Positions 16,950 to 26,559 of a stretch of 38,049 nt of DNA are shown piece by piece. The notes under the pieces were generated by a model. The model made no database searches. It saw only the letters and a program-made list of their open reading frames with translations, and was not told the DNA's origin. Both the position numbers and the translations under genes were made by a program. The stretch's first letter is position 1. Each line of letters starts with the position of its first letter. Source of the DNA: Minisyncoccota bacterium (lineage in GTDB: Bacteria; Patescibacteriota; Minisyncoccia; UBA6257); NCBI GenBank assembly GCA_035360795.1, contig DAOSBJ010000001.1, positions 1-38,049 on the forward strand, given 5' to 3'.

Positions 16950-19454
16950 ATGAATAAGAAATCAGCAACAATATTAATCTTTTTTTCTATAATTATTATA
17001 TTTTTAATCGTTTTTGTTAATAAAACCTTTATTAATTTAACAATTACCTCACCGACTAAACAAGAAGAAAAATGGATAGTAAATGGGCCTATTTACGCAG
17101 TTTTGCCCACTACCAACAATATAACTTATCTTGGTGGCGATTTCTCTTATATTGGACCTTATACCGGCAGTGGCGTTATACTTAATACAGTCAACAACCA
17201 ACTTTTAAATTCTTTTCCAAAGATAAATGGGGTAATTAATACAGTCATTTCAGATGGCAAAAATGGATGGTATATTGGCGGGAACTTTAGTAAAGTCGGG
17301 GAGGGGGAGTTGGCAAGGCATAATATTGCTCATATTTTACCTAATGGAGTTGTTGATATAAATTGGAATGTAGGAGTAAAAGAACCATTTTCTTCTGAAT
17401 ATATCAATTGGTCACCAGATAAAGAAGTTTATGCTCTTGCTCTTAATCATAATGGTTCTATTCTATATGTGGGAGGAGCTTTTACCAAAATTGGTACTAA
17501 ACCAAGAAATGGCCTCGCTGCTTTAGATGCTAAAACCGGTTTGCCCCTTGAATGGAACCCCGAGGGTGATAATAGGCCGGTTTACACTTTATCCCTTAGT
17601 CATAACGATAAAATTTTATATGTTGGTGGTGAATTTGATATTATTGGTGGTAAAAAAAGAAATAGTCTTGCTGCTATTGATACTAGAACAGCTTTAGCTA
17701 CCGATTGGGACCCTAATCCAAATCTTATTTCTAATGGTATTAATGGTCCTTTTGTTGACAAACCAATAATTTATAAATTATATCTTACTCATGATGATAA
17801 AATTTTATACGTCGGTGGTGAATTTAATAATATTGGTGGTAAGCAAAGAAATCATCTTGCGGCTATAGAAACTACAACAGGTCTAGCTACTAATTGGGAT
17901 CCCAAAGGCGGTCCAGCTCATACAGGTTTTGGGATGGGTATAGTTCGGGCTATGGTTCTTAATAAAGATGAATCTATTCTGTATGTCGGTGGAAATTTGG
18001 TAGAAATGGGGGGACAAAGAAGAATTGGGCTTGCCGCTGTAGATACTTCAACCGGTTTAGCAACTAACTGGACTGCTAATGTTAGAACAATTAATGGTAT
18101 CGCTACTTTAAAAGATAATGATAATTTAGGAAGAGTTTATAGTCTGACACTTAGTTCCGATGAATCAGTTTTATATGTAGGCGGAGAGTTTGACATTATT
18201 GGGTACCAACCTCCTCCATGCCCTGACTACGAAGAGATCTATGACTTGGGGATTTGTTATTATTTCGATATCTCTACAATGAGAGGTGAAATAAGAAAAA
18301 ATTTTGCTGCTGTAGATGTTAAAACTGGTAAAGTACTCCCTTTAAATTTTAATACAAGTGACGCAGTTTATGCTTTATCTTTAAGTCCAGATGATTCGTT
18401 ATTGTATATTGGAGGGTCATTTGATAGCGTGGGTGGTGAAGTCAGACATCATTTAGCAGCATTTAATTCTCTTACTGGCCAGCTTACTAGTTGGAATCCA
18501 GATGCTCATGGGGATCTTATTAGCCTATCTCTAGGAGCTAAAGTTGATTATGTAATTCTTTCCTTAGCTCTTAGTCCAGATGGTTCAATTCTGTATGTTG
18601 GTGGTAATTTTGATAGGGTGGGTGGTCAAGAAAGACATAATCTAGCAGCTATCGATACTAAAACTGGTTTAGCAACTAATTGGAATCCTCAGCAAGTTGA
18701 GGGTACAGTGCGCGCTTTATCTTCTAGTCCAGATGGATCAATCTTATATGTGGGAGGTAACTTTAATTCTATTGGCGGCCAGGAAAGAAATTATCTTGCA
18801 GCTATTGATACTAAAACTGGTTTAGTAACCGATTGGAATCCTGATGTCCAAATGGCTCCGTCTGTTCTAGCAGAAGTGGAAGAAATAATGCCTTATTATT
18901 GGTTTGGAGTATTTACTTTCTCATTTAGCCCAGATGGTTCAATTTTGTATGTTGGTGGTAATTTTGATAGCGTGGGAGGTCAAGAAAGACATAATCTTGC
19001 TGCTATTGATACTAAAACTGGTTTAGTAACTGATTGGAATCCTAATTCTGATTCCCGGCCACAACCTTTCTCCCATGTAGAATCTTTATCTTTCAGTCCA
19101 GACGGATCAATTTTATACGTGGGAGGTAACTTTCATTCCATTGGCGGCCAGGAAAGAAATTACCTTGCAGCTATTGATACTAAAACTGGTTTAGTAACTG
19201 ATTGGGATCCTGATATCTGCAAAATCTGCAAAAATCGAGGTGATAGTTGTGATGATGATCCCAAATTCTTTCTTAACTCAGATGGTTCAGTTTTATATGT
19301 AGTAACTAATTATTATGACATATTTGATGAAAAGGATATCCCAATTATTACTGCGATAGATACTAAAAGTGGTCAATTTTTATCAAATCTACCTACTAAT
19401 GAAAACTTATCAATATTTTTAATGAAATTTTTCACGAATGTTGTTTATTTTTAA
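16950..19454 (+). CDS. Membrane-anchored 13-repeat beta-propeller surface protein (DUF5122 / delta-60-repeat-like)
   Basis: N-terminal TM (ATILIFFSIIIIFLIVFV). Thirteen repeats of about 55 aa follow the pattern S-x-DG-S-ILYVGG-x-F-x-x-IGG-x-x-RN-x-LAAID-x-x-TG-L-x-T-x-WNP. Confidence 0.8.
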   Translation: MNKKSATILIFFSIIIIFLIVFVNKTFINLTITSPTKQEEKWIVNGPIYAVLPTTNNITYLGGDFSYIGPYTGSGVILNTVNNQLLNSFPKINGVINTVISDGKNGWYIGGNFSKVGEGELARHNIAHILPNGVVDINWNVGVKEPFSSEYINWSPDKEVYALALNHNGSILYVGGAFTKIGTKPRNGLAALDAKTGLPLEWNPEGDNRPVYTLSLSHNDKILYVGGEFDIIGGKKRNSLAAIDTRTALATDWDPNPNLISNGINGPFVDKPIIYKLYLTHDDKILYVGGEFNNIGGKQRNHLAAIETTTGLATNWDPKGGPAHTGFGMGIVRAMVLNKDESILYVGGNLVEMGGQRRIGLAAVDTSTGLATNWTANVRTINGIATLKDNDNLGRVYSLTLSSDESVLYVGGEFDIIGYQPPPCPDYEEIYDLGICYYFDISTMRGEIRKNFAAVDVKTGKVLPLNFNTSDAVYALSLSPDDSLLYIGGSFDSVGGEVRHHLAAFNSLTGQLTSWNPDAHGDLISLSLGAKVDYVILSLALSPDGSILYVGGNFDRVGGQERHNLAAIDTKTGLATNWNPQQVEGTVRALSSSPDGSILYVGGNFNSIGGQERNYLAAIDTKTGLVTDWNPDVQMAPSVLAEVEEIMPYYWFGVFTFSFSPDGSILYVGGNFDSVGGQERHNLAAIDTKTGLVTDWNPNSDSRPQPFSHVESLSFSPDGSILYVGGNFHSIGGQERNYLAAIDTKTGLVTDWDPDICKICKNRGDSCDDDPKFFLNSDGSVLYVVTNYYDIFDEKDIPIITAIDTKSGQFLSNLPTNENLSIFLMKFFTNVVYF
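18573..19212 (+). repeat. Intragenic near-identical DNA repeats (two-blade unit duplicated, A-B-A'-B')
   Basis: Blade cores of about 120 nt start at 18573, 18726, 18927 and 19095. Cores 1 and 3 are nearly identical at DNA level, as are cores 2 and 4. The unit period is about 354-369 bp. Confidence 0.75.
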
Positions 19455-19556
19455 TAAATATAAATAAAATTTAAATTCAAATAAAAGATTAATTAACCCC
19501 TTCATTCATTAGTAATTAATTACTGATATCATCCACTAATTTCATTATCTTTTCTA

Positions 19557-19585
19557 TTGCTAATTAAGAATAAAAGTGATAGAAT
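19557..19585 (+). promoter_or_regulatory. Sigma70-type promoter upstream of uvrB (TTGCTA-17-TGaTAGAAT)
   Basis: -35 ttgcta, a 17-nt spacer and an extended -10 tga-tagaat. The spacer shares aataaaagtga with the promoter at 16895. Confidence 0.5.
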
Positions 19586-19646
19586 AGAAATTTGAACTCT
19601 ATTTTAGAGGCTTTATAACTCTAAAATGGGGTGGTTTTCTATTTCT

Positions 19647-21473
19647 ATGCCTATTTTTAAACTTAAAGCACCATATAAACCAGCCGGCGGCCAGCCTCAA
19701 GCCATAAAACAACTAATAGAAGGAATAAAAAAAGGCTATCGTTTTCAAACTTTAATGGGGGTTACCGGTTCCGGAAAAACTTATGTAATGGCAAATGTTA
19801 TTTCTCATTTTGATTTGCCTGTTTTGGTAATTGCGCCAAATAAAGCCTTGGCTGCCCAACTTTATCATGAATACAAAACTTTTTTCCCAGAAAATTCAGT
19901 TAACTATTTCGTTTCTTACTATGATTATTACCAACCAGAAGCGTATCTGCCAATTTCTGATACTTATATAGAAAAAGAAGCCCTTATCAATGAACAAATA
20001 GATAAATTAAGACACAAAGCAACTTCCTCTTTAATGACTCGGCGCGATGTCATTATCGTGGCTTCAGTTTCTTGCATTTATAACTTAGGAGTGCCTTTAA
20101 ATTATTTCGCTTCTGCCATTCATTTAGAAATTGAAAAACCAATTACTCGCGGAGACTTAATCAGACAACTGGTAAAAATTCAATTCACTCGCACTAATAG
20201 CGATTTAAAACCGGGCTATTTTAGAGTAAGAGGAGATGTTTTTGAAATTATGCCTATCACCGGAGAGGTAATTTATTATGTTGAAATCAAAGACCAAAAA
20301 ATTTATGACTTGGCTTTATTAGACCATTTAACCAGAAAAATTATTGAAAAACTAAAAGAAGTGATAATTTTTCCAGTCAAACATTTTATTTCTTTGGAGC
20401 CGCAGAGAGAAAAGGCGATTGAAGAAATTAAAAAAGAATTAAAAGAAAGATTAGACTACTTTAATAAAAATAAACTTTATTTAGAAGCAGAAAGATTGGA
20501 AAGAAGAACGAAATATGACATTGAAATGATTAAAACTTTGGGTTATTGCCATGGCATTGAAAATTATTCAAGGCATTTAACTGGCAAACTAATGGGCGAA
20601 CCACCAGATACTTTGCTTTCTTATTTTCCGACCAAAGATGGCAGACCTGATTTTCTGACAATTATTGATGAATCCCACATTTCCATTCCTCAAATTAGGG
20701 GAATGTATGAAGGCGACCGTTCAAGAAAGGAAGTCTTAGTTCAATATGGCTGGCGCCTGCCATCGGCTTTAGATAACCGACCTTTAAAATTTGAGGAATT
20801 TTTGGAAAGGATTGACCAAACAATTTTTACTTCTGCCACTCCTAATGATTTTGAAAAAAAGAATTCCCAGCAAATCGTAGAATTAATTATTAGGCCAACC
20901 GGACTGGTTGACCCGCCAATTGAAGTCCGACCAGTTTTTGATAAAACAACTAATTATAGCCAAATTGATGATGTCTTGAAAGAATTGGAAATGATTGAAA
21001 AAAGGGGGGAGCGCGCGATTGTTAATGTCTTGACTAAAAAAATGGCTGAAGAATTGACCGATTATCTTTTAAGAAAAAATATCAAAGCAAATTATCTTCA
21101 TTCTGATATCAAAACTTTACAGCGAGCGGAAATTTTAACTAAATTCAGAGAAGGAGAATTTAACGTTTTGATTGGAGTCAATCTTTTAAGAGAAGGGCTT
21201 GATTTGCCAGAAGTCACTTTGGTTTTAATTCTAAATGCTGACCAAGAAGGATTTTTAAGAAGTGAAACTTCTTTAATTCAAACAATGGGAAGAACTGCGA
21301 GAAATGTTAAAGGTAAAGTGATTATTTACGCTGATAATTTAACCGGTTCAATTAAAAACGCAATCAAAGAAACTCAAAGAAGAAGAAAAATTCAATTGGA
21401 ATACAACAAAAAGCATCAGATTACTCCCGAAAGCATCTATAAAAAGGTAGAGGAATTAATTACTTTTGATTAA
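19647..21473 (+). CDS. uvrB: Excinuclease ABC subunit B (short form lacking the C-terminal UVR domain)
   Basis: The start is probably ATG 19647 (MPIFKLKAPYKPAGGQPQAI, compare E. coli FKLNSAFKPSGDQPEAI). Helicase motif I GVTGSGKT, DESH, and motifs V/VI (QTMGRTARN). It ends right after YNKKHQITPESI, without the UVR coiled coil. Confidence 0.95.
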   Translation: MPIFKLKAPYKPAGGQPQAIKQLIEGIKKGYRFQTLMGVTGSGKTYVMANVISHFDLPVLVIAPNKALAAQLYHEYKTFFPENSVNYFVSYYDYYQPEAYLPISDTYIEKEALINEQIDKLRHKATSSLMTRRDVIIVASVSCIYNLGVPLNYFASAIHLEIEKPITRGDLIRQLVKIQFTRTNSDLKPGYFRVRGDVFEIMPITGEVIYYVEIKDQKIYDLALLDHLTRKIIEKLKEVIIFPVKHFISLEPQREKAIEEIKKELKERLDYFNKNKLYLEAERLERRTKYDIEMIKTLGYCHGIENYSRHLTGKLMGEPPDTLLSYFPTKDGRPDFLTIIDESHISIPQIRGMYEGDRSRKEVLVQYGWRLPSALDNRPLKFEEFLERIDQTIFTSATPNDFEKKNSQQIVELIIRPTGLVDPPIEVRPVFDKTTNYSQIDDVLKELEMIEKRGERAIVNVLTKKMAEELTDYLLRKNIKANYLHSDIKTLQRAEILTKFREGEFNVLIGVNLLREGLDLPEVTLVLILNADQEGFLRSETSLIQTMGRTARNVKGKVIIYADNLTGSIKNAIKETQRRRKIQLEYNKKHQITPESIYKKVEELITFD

Positions 21474-21478
21474 ATTCT

Positions 21479-23995
21479 ATGGAAGATGAAATAATTATTA
21501 AAGGAGCAAGAGTTCATAATTTAAAAAATATCAACTTAAGACTGCCAAAAAATAAGTTGATTGTTTTTAGTGGCGTCTCTGGAAGCGGAAAGTCTTCCTT
21601 GGCTTTTGACACTATTTTTGCCGAAGGTCAACGTCGTTATTTAGAATCATTATCTCCTTATGCCAGACAGTTTTTAGGCCAAATGGATAAACCAGATGTT
21701 GACGAAATTTTAGGTCTTTCGCCAGCAATTGCCATTGACCAAAAAGCCTTAAGCCATAATCCACGTTCAACTGTCGGCACTCTAACAGAAATCCACGATT
21801 ATTTGCGAGTGCTTTTTGCCAGAATGGGAGAAGTCTTTTGTCCTTTATGCGGAGAAAAAATTCAAAAACTCTCCTTAGACGAAATGACGGATATTATTAA
21901 AGAAAAAGCAAAAAATTTAAAAAATAAAACTGTCACTATTCTTTCGCCAGTTGTTCGGGGTAGAAAAGGGGAGTATTATCAAATGCTTTATGATTTTCTA
22001 TCCCTGGGTTATTCTTTTGCTTATATTGATTCGAAAAAATATTCTCTTCACGACAAAATTGAACTTTCGCGTTATAAAAATCACACTATTGAAATTGTAA
22101 TTGACACTGTCTTAATTGACGATGAATCACGACTTTTTGAAGCAATAGAAAATGCAACAAATTATAGCAAGGGTTTGGTGAAAGTAATCTTTGAAGAAGA
22201 AAAACCGCCTCACAAAATAAAAGAAACCCTTCTTTTATCAAGTCTTTGGACTTGTCCAAAAGATAATTTTGCTTTTCCAGAAGTTGAACCCCGTCTTTTC
22301 TCCTTTAACAGTCCTTATGGCGCCTGTCCTGCTTGTCATGGTTTGGGGAAAGAAGATATTTTTACCAATGAAATTTGTCCAGTTTGCGAAGGAAAAAGAC
22401 TAAAACCAGAAGCCTTAGCCGTAAAAATCAATGGCAAAAATATTTATGAATTAAGCAACTTATCAGTTGACCAACTTTATTTATTTTTTAATAAATACGA
22501 AGCGAATTTGAAAGAGAAAGAAAAAATTATTGTTGCTGATTTGATTAAAACAATAAAAGAAAGATTAAAATTTTTAAGTGAAGTTGGACTTTCTTATTTG
22601 AGTTTAAGCCGAGAAGCAGAAACTTTGTCTGGCGGAGAAGCCCAAAGAATTAGATTGGCTTCCCAAATTGGTTCTCAACTTTCAAATGCTTTATACGTTT
22701 TAGATGAACCAACAATCGGACTTCACGAAAGAGACACTGACAAACTAATTAAAATTTTAGAAACCTTAAAAGAAAGAAACAATACTATAATCGTGGTTGA
22801 GCACGATGAAAAAACAATTTATTCTTCAGATTATTTAGTAGATTTAGGTCCGGGAGCAGGAGTTAAAGGCGGTTATATTACTGCTTGTGGCAAGACAGAG
22901 GAATTAATCGAAAATGAAAAAAAATACCAATCTTTAACTTTGGATTATTTAAGAGGCAAAAGAACAGTTTTTGTCCAAAATCCTTTAAGAGGACAAATAA
23001 CAGAAAAACTTAAAATAATCGGCGCCAGAGCAAATAATCTGAAAAATATTAATGTGGAAATCCCTTTAAGAAAATTGGTGGTTGTCACTGGCGTTTCTGG
23101 CAGTGGAAAATCTTCTTTAATTTACGATGTCTTGTATAAAAATCTTGTTAAGCTAATTTATCGTCTTCCTCAAGATTTAGAGAAGGTGTCAAAAATTTTA
23201 GGCAGTGAATATTTAGACAGAGTAGTAATGGTCACCCAAGCGCCAATTGGCCGTACTCCTCGTTCAAATCCCGCCACTTATACCGGAATTTTTACTCCAA
23301 TCCGTGAATTTTACGCTTCTTTAGAAGAAGCGAGACAACGGGGATATTCTGCTTCTAGGTTTTCATTCAATGTTAAAGGCGGTCGCTGCGAGGCTTGCGA
23401 AGGAGCGGGTTATAAATTAATTGAAATGCATTTTTTGCCGCCAGTTTTAGTGGAATGCGAAGTTTGCCACGGAAAAAGATTCAATCGAGAAACTTTACAA
23501 GTAAAATATCAAGGAAAAAATATCAGCGAGGTGTTGGATTTAACAGTAGAAGAAGCACTCCAATTTTTTGAAGGAATTTATCCTATTACAGAGAAATTAC
23601 AGGTTTTAAAAGAAGTTGGACTAGGTTATATTAAATTAGGACAATCAGCCACCACCTTGTCTGGCGGAGAAGCCCAAAGAATTAAATTGGCCCGCGAACT
23701 TACTCATCCTTTAGGGAGAAGAGTTCTTTATCTTTTAGACGAACCAACGGTCGGCCTCCACTATTACGATATAGAAATGCTCCTTAAAGTTTTAATCAAA
23801 TTGATTGAAAAGGGAAATTCAGTAATTATGATTGAACATAACATGCATGTAATAAAATGCGCAGATTATATTATTGATTTAGGACCAGAAGGCGGTGAAA
23901 AAGGAGGAAGATTGATTATTGAAGGAATACCGCAAGAAATTATAAAAACAAAAAATTCTTATACTGGTCAATATCTTAAACATTACTTACAATAA
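21479..23995 (+). CDS. uvrA: Excinuclease ABC subunit A (838 aa, lacking the insertion domain)
   Basis: Two ABC modules (GVSGSGKSS twice, LSGGEAQR twice), zinc-module cysteines, and a UvrB-binding-domain-like segment. It is collinear with E. coli UvrA except for a deletion of about 100 aa. Confidence 0.95.
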   Translation: MEDEIIIKGARVHNLKNINLRLPKNKLIVFSGVSGSGKSSLAFDTIFAEGQRRYLESLSPYARQFLGQMDKPDVDEILGLSPAIAIDQKALSHNPRSTVGTLTEIHDYLRVLFARMGEVFCPLCGEKIQKLSLDEMTDIIKEKAKNLKNKTVTILSPVVRGRKGEYYQMLYDFLSLGYSFAYIDSKKYSLHDKIELSRYKNHTIEIVIDTVLIDDESRLFEAIENATNYSKGLVKVIFEEEKPPHKIKETLLLSSLWTCPKDNFAFPEVEPRLFSFNSPYGACPACHGLGKEDIFTNEICPVCEGKRLKPEALAVKINGKNIYELSNLSVDQLYLFFNKYEANLKEKEKIIVADLIKTIKERLKFLSEVGLSYLSLSREAETLSGGEAQRIRLASQIGSQLSNALYVLDEPTIGLHERDTDKLIKILETLKERNNTIIVVEHDEKTIYSSDYLVDLGPGAGVKGGYITACGKTEELIENEKKYQSLTLDYLRGKRTVFVQNPLRGQITEKLKIIGARANNLKNINVEIPLRKLVVVTGVSGSGKSSLIYDVLYKNLVKLIYRLPQDLEKVSKILGSEYLDRVVMVTQAPIGRTPRSNPATYTGIFTPIREFYASLEEARQRGYSASRFSFNVKGGRCEACEGAGYKLIEMHFLPPVLVECEVCHGKRFNRETLQVKYQGKNISEVLDLTVEEALQFFEGIYPITEKLQVLKEVGLGYIKLGQSATTLSGGEAQRIKLARELTHPLGRRVLYLLDEPTVGLHYYDIEMLLKVLIKLIEKGNSVIMIEHNMHVIKCADYIIDLGPEGGEKGGRLIIEGIPQEIIKTKNSYTGQYLKHYLQ

Positions 23996-24001
23996 TTTCT
24001 T

Positions 24002-25168
24002 ATGGCATCTCTTAAAGAACAAGTTAAAAAATTTCCAAAATCAAGCGGTGTTTATCTTTTTTTGGATAAAAATGGCAAAGTGCTTTATGTTGGCCGGGCA
24101 ACCTCTTTAAGAAAAAGAATTTCAAATTATTTTGAAAAGGGACTGGAGCCGAGAATTTCTGAAATGGTCAGTCTGGCAAAAAAGGTCAAATATATCAAAA
24201 CTAACAATCTTTTAGAAGCAGTGGTTTTAGAAGCAAATCTAATCAAAAAATATTGGCCAAAATACAATATTAAAGAAAGAGACAACCGCTCTTTTATTTA
24301 TCTGGTGATTTTAAAAAAAGACTTTACTCATCCAATTATTGTGAGAGGTCAGGAACTAAAAAAATTTCCGCCGGAAAAAGCAGAAATTTTCGGCCCTTAT
24401 CAAAGCTTAACGCTTGTAAACAATGCTTTAAAGATTTTACGGCGTTTTTTTCCATACAGCACTTGTAAAATTAACTCTTTTAGACCCTGTTTTGATTATC
24501 AAATAGGACTCTGTCCCGGCGCCTGTATTGGCGCTATCTCAAAAGAAGATTACCAGAAAAATATAGATAACTTAATTCTCTTTCTAAAGGGCGAAAATAA
24601 AAAACTTTTTAAAATTATCGCTAAAGAAAATCCAGAAAAATTAAAAGCCTTAAAACATATTCAAGATGTAGCCTTAATTTCCAAAGAAGACTATTATTTA
24701 AAGCAAAATCTTTATCGAATTGAGGGTTATGATATCTCTTATTTCCAGGGTAAAATTCCTTATGGCTCAATGGTAGTTTTCATAAATTCAAAAAAATCAC
24801 CTTCTGACTATAGAATTTTTAAAATCAAAGACGCCAAACCAAAAAATGATTTAGAGGCTTTAGGAGAAGTCATTCAAAGAAGATTAAAACACCAAGAATG
24901 GAGATTGCCAGATTTAATTGTCATTGACGGCGGCAAACCCCAAATAGAATATCTGTCAAAAATATTTAAAAAATTACAAGTGAAAATTCCCTTAGTTGGA
25001 ATATCAAAATATCAGAAAGACAAATTTGTTTTTCCAAAAAATACAAAAATCACGGTTAAGAATCTAATTGAAAGTCAAAAGGACACCTTACTCAAAGTGC
25101 GAGATGAAGCCCATCGTTTTGCACTAAAATTCTCCCGAAGAACCATAAACCTGAAGAAAATGAAATAA
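24002..25168 (+). CDS. uvrC: Excinuclease ABC subunit C (388 aa minimal form)
   Basis: N-terminal GIY-YIG (GVYLFLD...VLYVGRATSLRKR), a Cys-rich region, and an RNase-H-like endonuclease domain (IEGYDISY...DLIVIDGGKPQ...VRDEAHRFA). The UVR domain and C-terminal (HhH)2 are absent. Confidence 0.9.
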   Translation: MASLKEQVKKFPKSSGVYLFLDKNGKVLYVGRATSLRKRISNYFEKGLEPRISEMVSLAKKVKYIKTNNLLEAVVLEANLIKKYWPKYNIKERDNRSFIYLVILKKDFTHPIIVRGQELKKFPPEKAEIFGPYQSLTLVNNALKILRRFFPYSTCKINSFRPCFDYQIGLCPGACIGAISKEDYQKNIDNLILFLKGENKKLFKIIAKENPEKLKALKHIQDVALISKEDYYLKQNLYRIEGYDISYFQGKIPYGSMVVFINSKKSPSDYRIFKIKDAKPKNDLEALGEVIQRRLKHQEWRLPDLIVIDGGKPQIEYLSKIFKKLQVKIPLVGISKYQKDKFVFPKNTKITVKNLIESQKDTLLKVRDEAHRFALKFSRRTINLKKMK

Positions 25169-25193
25169 AAATCAAAGAAATTTGTATAATTAT

Positions 25194-25787
25194 ATGAGAG
25201 TAAATAACAATTTTCCCAAAAAAGAAACCATCTCTGATGAACAAATCGCCACCAGCGTCCAGAAAGGAAATTTAGAAGATTTCGGTGAATTAGTGCTAAG
25301 ATACGGTAAGAAGATACAGAACTACCTTTTTAGATTTATTCAGACTAAAGAGGAAGTAGAAGACCTAACTCAAGATATTTTTTTAAAGGCCTATTCAAAT
25401 ATTTTAAGTTTTAATCCAAAGAAAAAATTCACTCCCTGGCTTTATCAAATAGCCCACAACGAGTTAGTCAATTATTTAAGAAAAAAACATTATCTTTCAA
25501 CAAAATTTATCAATTTAGATTTTGATGTTTTGGCCGCGAAAAGTATATCGGAAAATGACATTCTAAAAGATTTAGAAAACAACTTAAAATTCGAATTAAT
25601 AGACAAAAAACTAAATAAATTAAATTTTAAATATCGTCAGCCGTTTGTTTTATTTTTTTATGAGAATCTTTCTTATCAGGAAATCTCCGATATCTTAAAA
25701 ATACCTATTTCCACCGTTGGAACCAGAATCAAAAGGGCAAAAGAAATTATAAAAAAATCCGTTAATAATTCAGAATCTTTTAATTAA
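25194..25787 (+). CDS. ECF-type RNA polymerase sigma-70 family factor
   Basis: Region 2 (DLTQDIFLKAY, PWLYQIAHN) and a region 4 HTH (LSYQEISDILKIPISTVGTRIKRAK). ATG 25194 is preferred over the track TTG 25182. Confidence 0.85.
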   Translation: MRVNNNFPKKETISDEQIATSVQKGNLEDFGELVLRYGKKIQNYLFRFIQTKEEVEDLTQDIFLKAYSNILSFNPKKKFTPWLYQIAHNELVNYLRKKHYLSTKFINLDFDVLAAKSISENDILKDLENNLKFELIDKKLNKLNFKYRQPFVLFFYENLSYQEISDILKIPISTVGTRIKRAKEIIKKSVNNSESFN

Positions 25788-25791
25788 ATTT

Positions 25792-26538
25792 ATGGAAAAA
25801 GAGGAAACTAACAACACCCAAAAATTGAAAGAAAAAATTCTTACTCAAATTAAAAATGGGAAAGTAAAAATAAAATCTAAATTTTCTTTTATTTTAAAAA
25901 ACGTCCTTCTAATAGTAGGCATAATTGCTTTAATTCTTTTGGCATTGCTTATTTTAAGTTTTGTTTTCTTTAATTTAAAAGTTACAGGACTATTTTTTCT
26001 TTCCCATATAGGCCCACACGGTTTAAAAATGTTTCTGATAAATCTTCCCTGGCTATTAATTCTTATTGTCTTAGTGATTCTAATAATCTTGGAATTATTT
26101 GCCAAAAATTTAGCAGTGGTTTACCGAAGACCACTTCTTATTTCTTTTTTCGTCCTCTTCGGCTTAATTTTAATTGGCAGTCTAATCCTAAACAGAACAC
26201 CTCTTCATCCTTATTTTTTTTCTCAATCAAAAAAGCAGATGCCCCCGCCAGTTTATGGCTATTTTTACAGAAGAATCGGCCCCCCAAAACCTCCGTCCCG
26301 TTTTCAATCTTTTGTCTGGCGTGGTAATATAAAGGAACTTACAAACAAAGGCTTTATCCTGGAAACTTATTTTGGTGAAATATTAGAAATTCAAACCTCT
26401 ACATTGAGACAGAATCTTTCCGAACCTCTGAAAATAGGGGAGTCGGTAGCAGTAATTGGAAAAAAGAAAGGAACAATTATTGAAGCGGAGAAAATTTTAA
26501 AAACTGAAGATATTTTCAAAAAACCTCCCAGAAAATAA
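25792..26538 (+). CDS. Multi-pass membrane protein, putative cognate anti-sigma factor
   Basis: 248 aa. It starts 4 nt after the sigma gene. The N-terminus is short, cytoplasmic and basic, and several TM helices follow. There is no HxxxCxxC zinc motif. The assignment rests on position only. Confidence 0.4.
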   Translation: MEKEETNNTQKLKEKILTQIKNGKVKIKSKFSFILKNVLLIVGIIALILLALLILSFVFFNLKVTGLFFLSHIGPHGLKMFLINLPWLLILIVLVILIILELFAKNLAVVYRRPLLISFFVLFGLILIGSLILNRTPLHPYFFSQSKKQMPPPVYGYFYRRIGPPKPPSRFQSFVWRGNIKELTNKGFILETYFGEILEIQTSTLRQNLSEPLKIGESVAVIGKKKGTIIEAEKILKTEDIFKKPPRK

Positions 26539-26559
26539 AAAAATTTAATAATTAAATTT

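Noticed and set aside
21479-23995. Class II (UvrB-binding-domain-less, drug-resistance type) UvrA as the reason for the short length
   Set aside because: The segment corresponding to the UvrB-binding domain (CPLCGEKIQKLSLDEM...VIDTVLIDDES) is present. The missing block instead maps between the zinc-module-2 CxxC pairs. The gene also sits between uvrB and uvrC.
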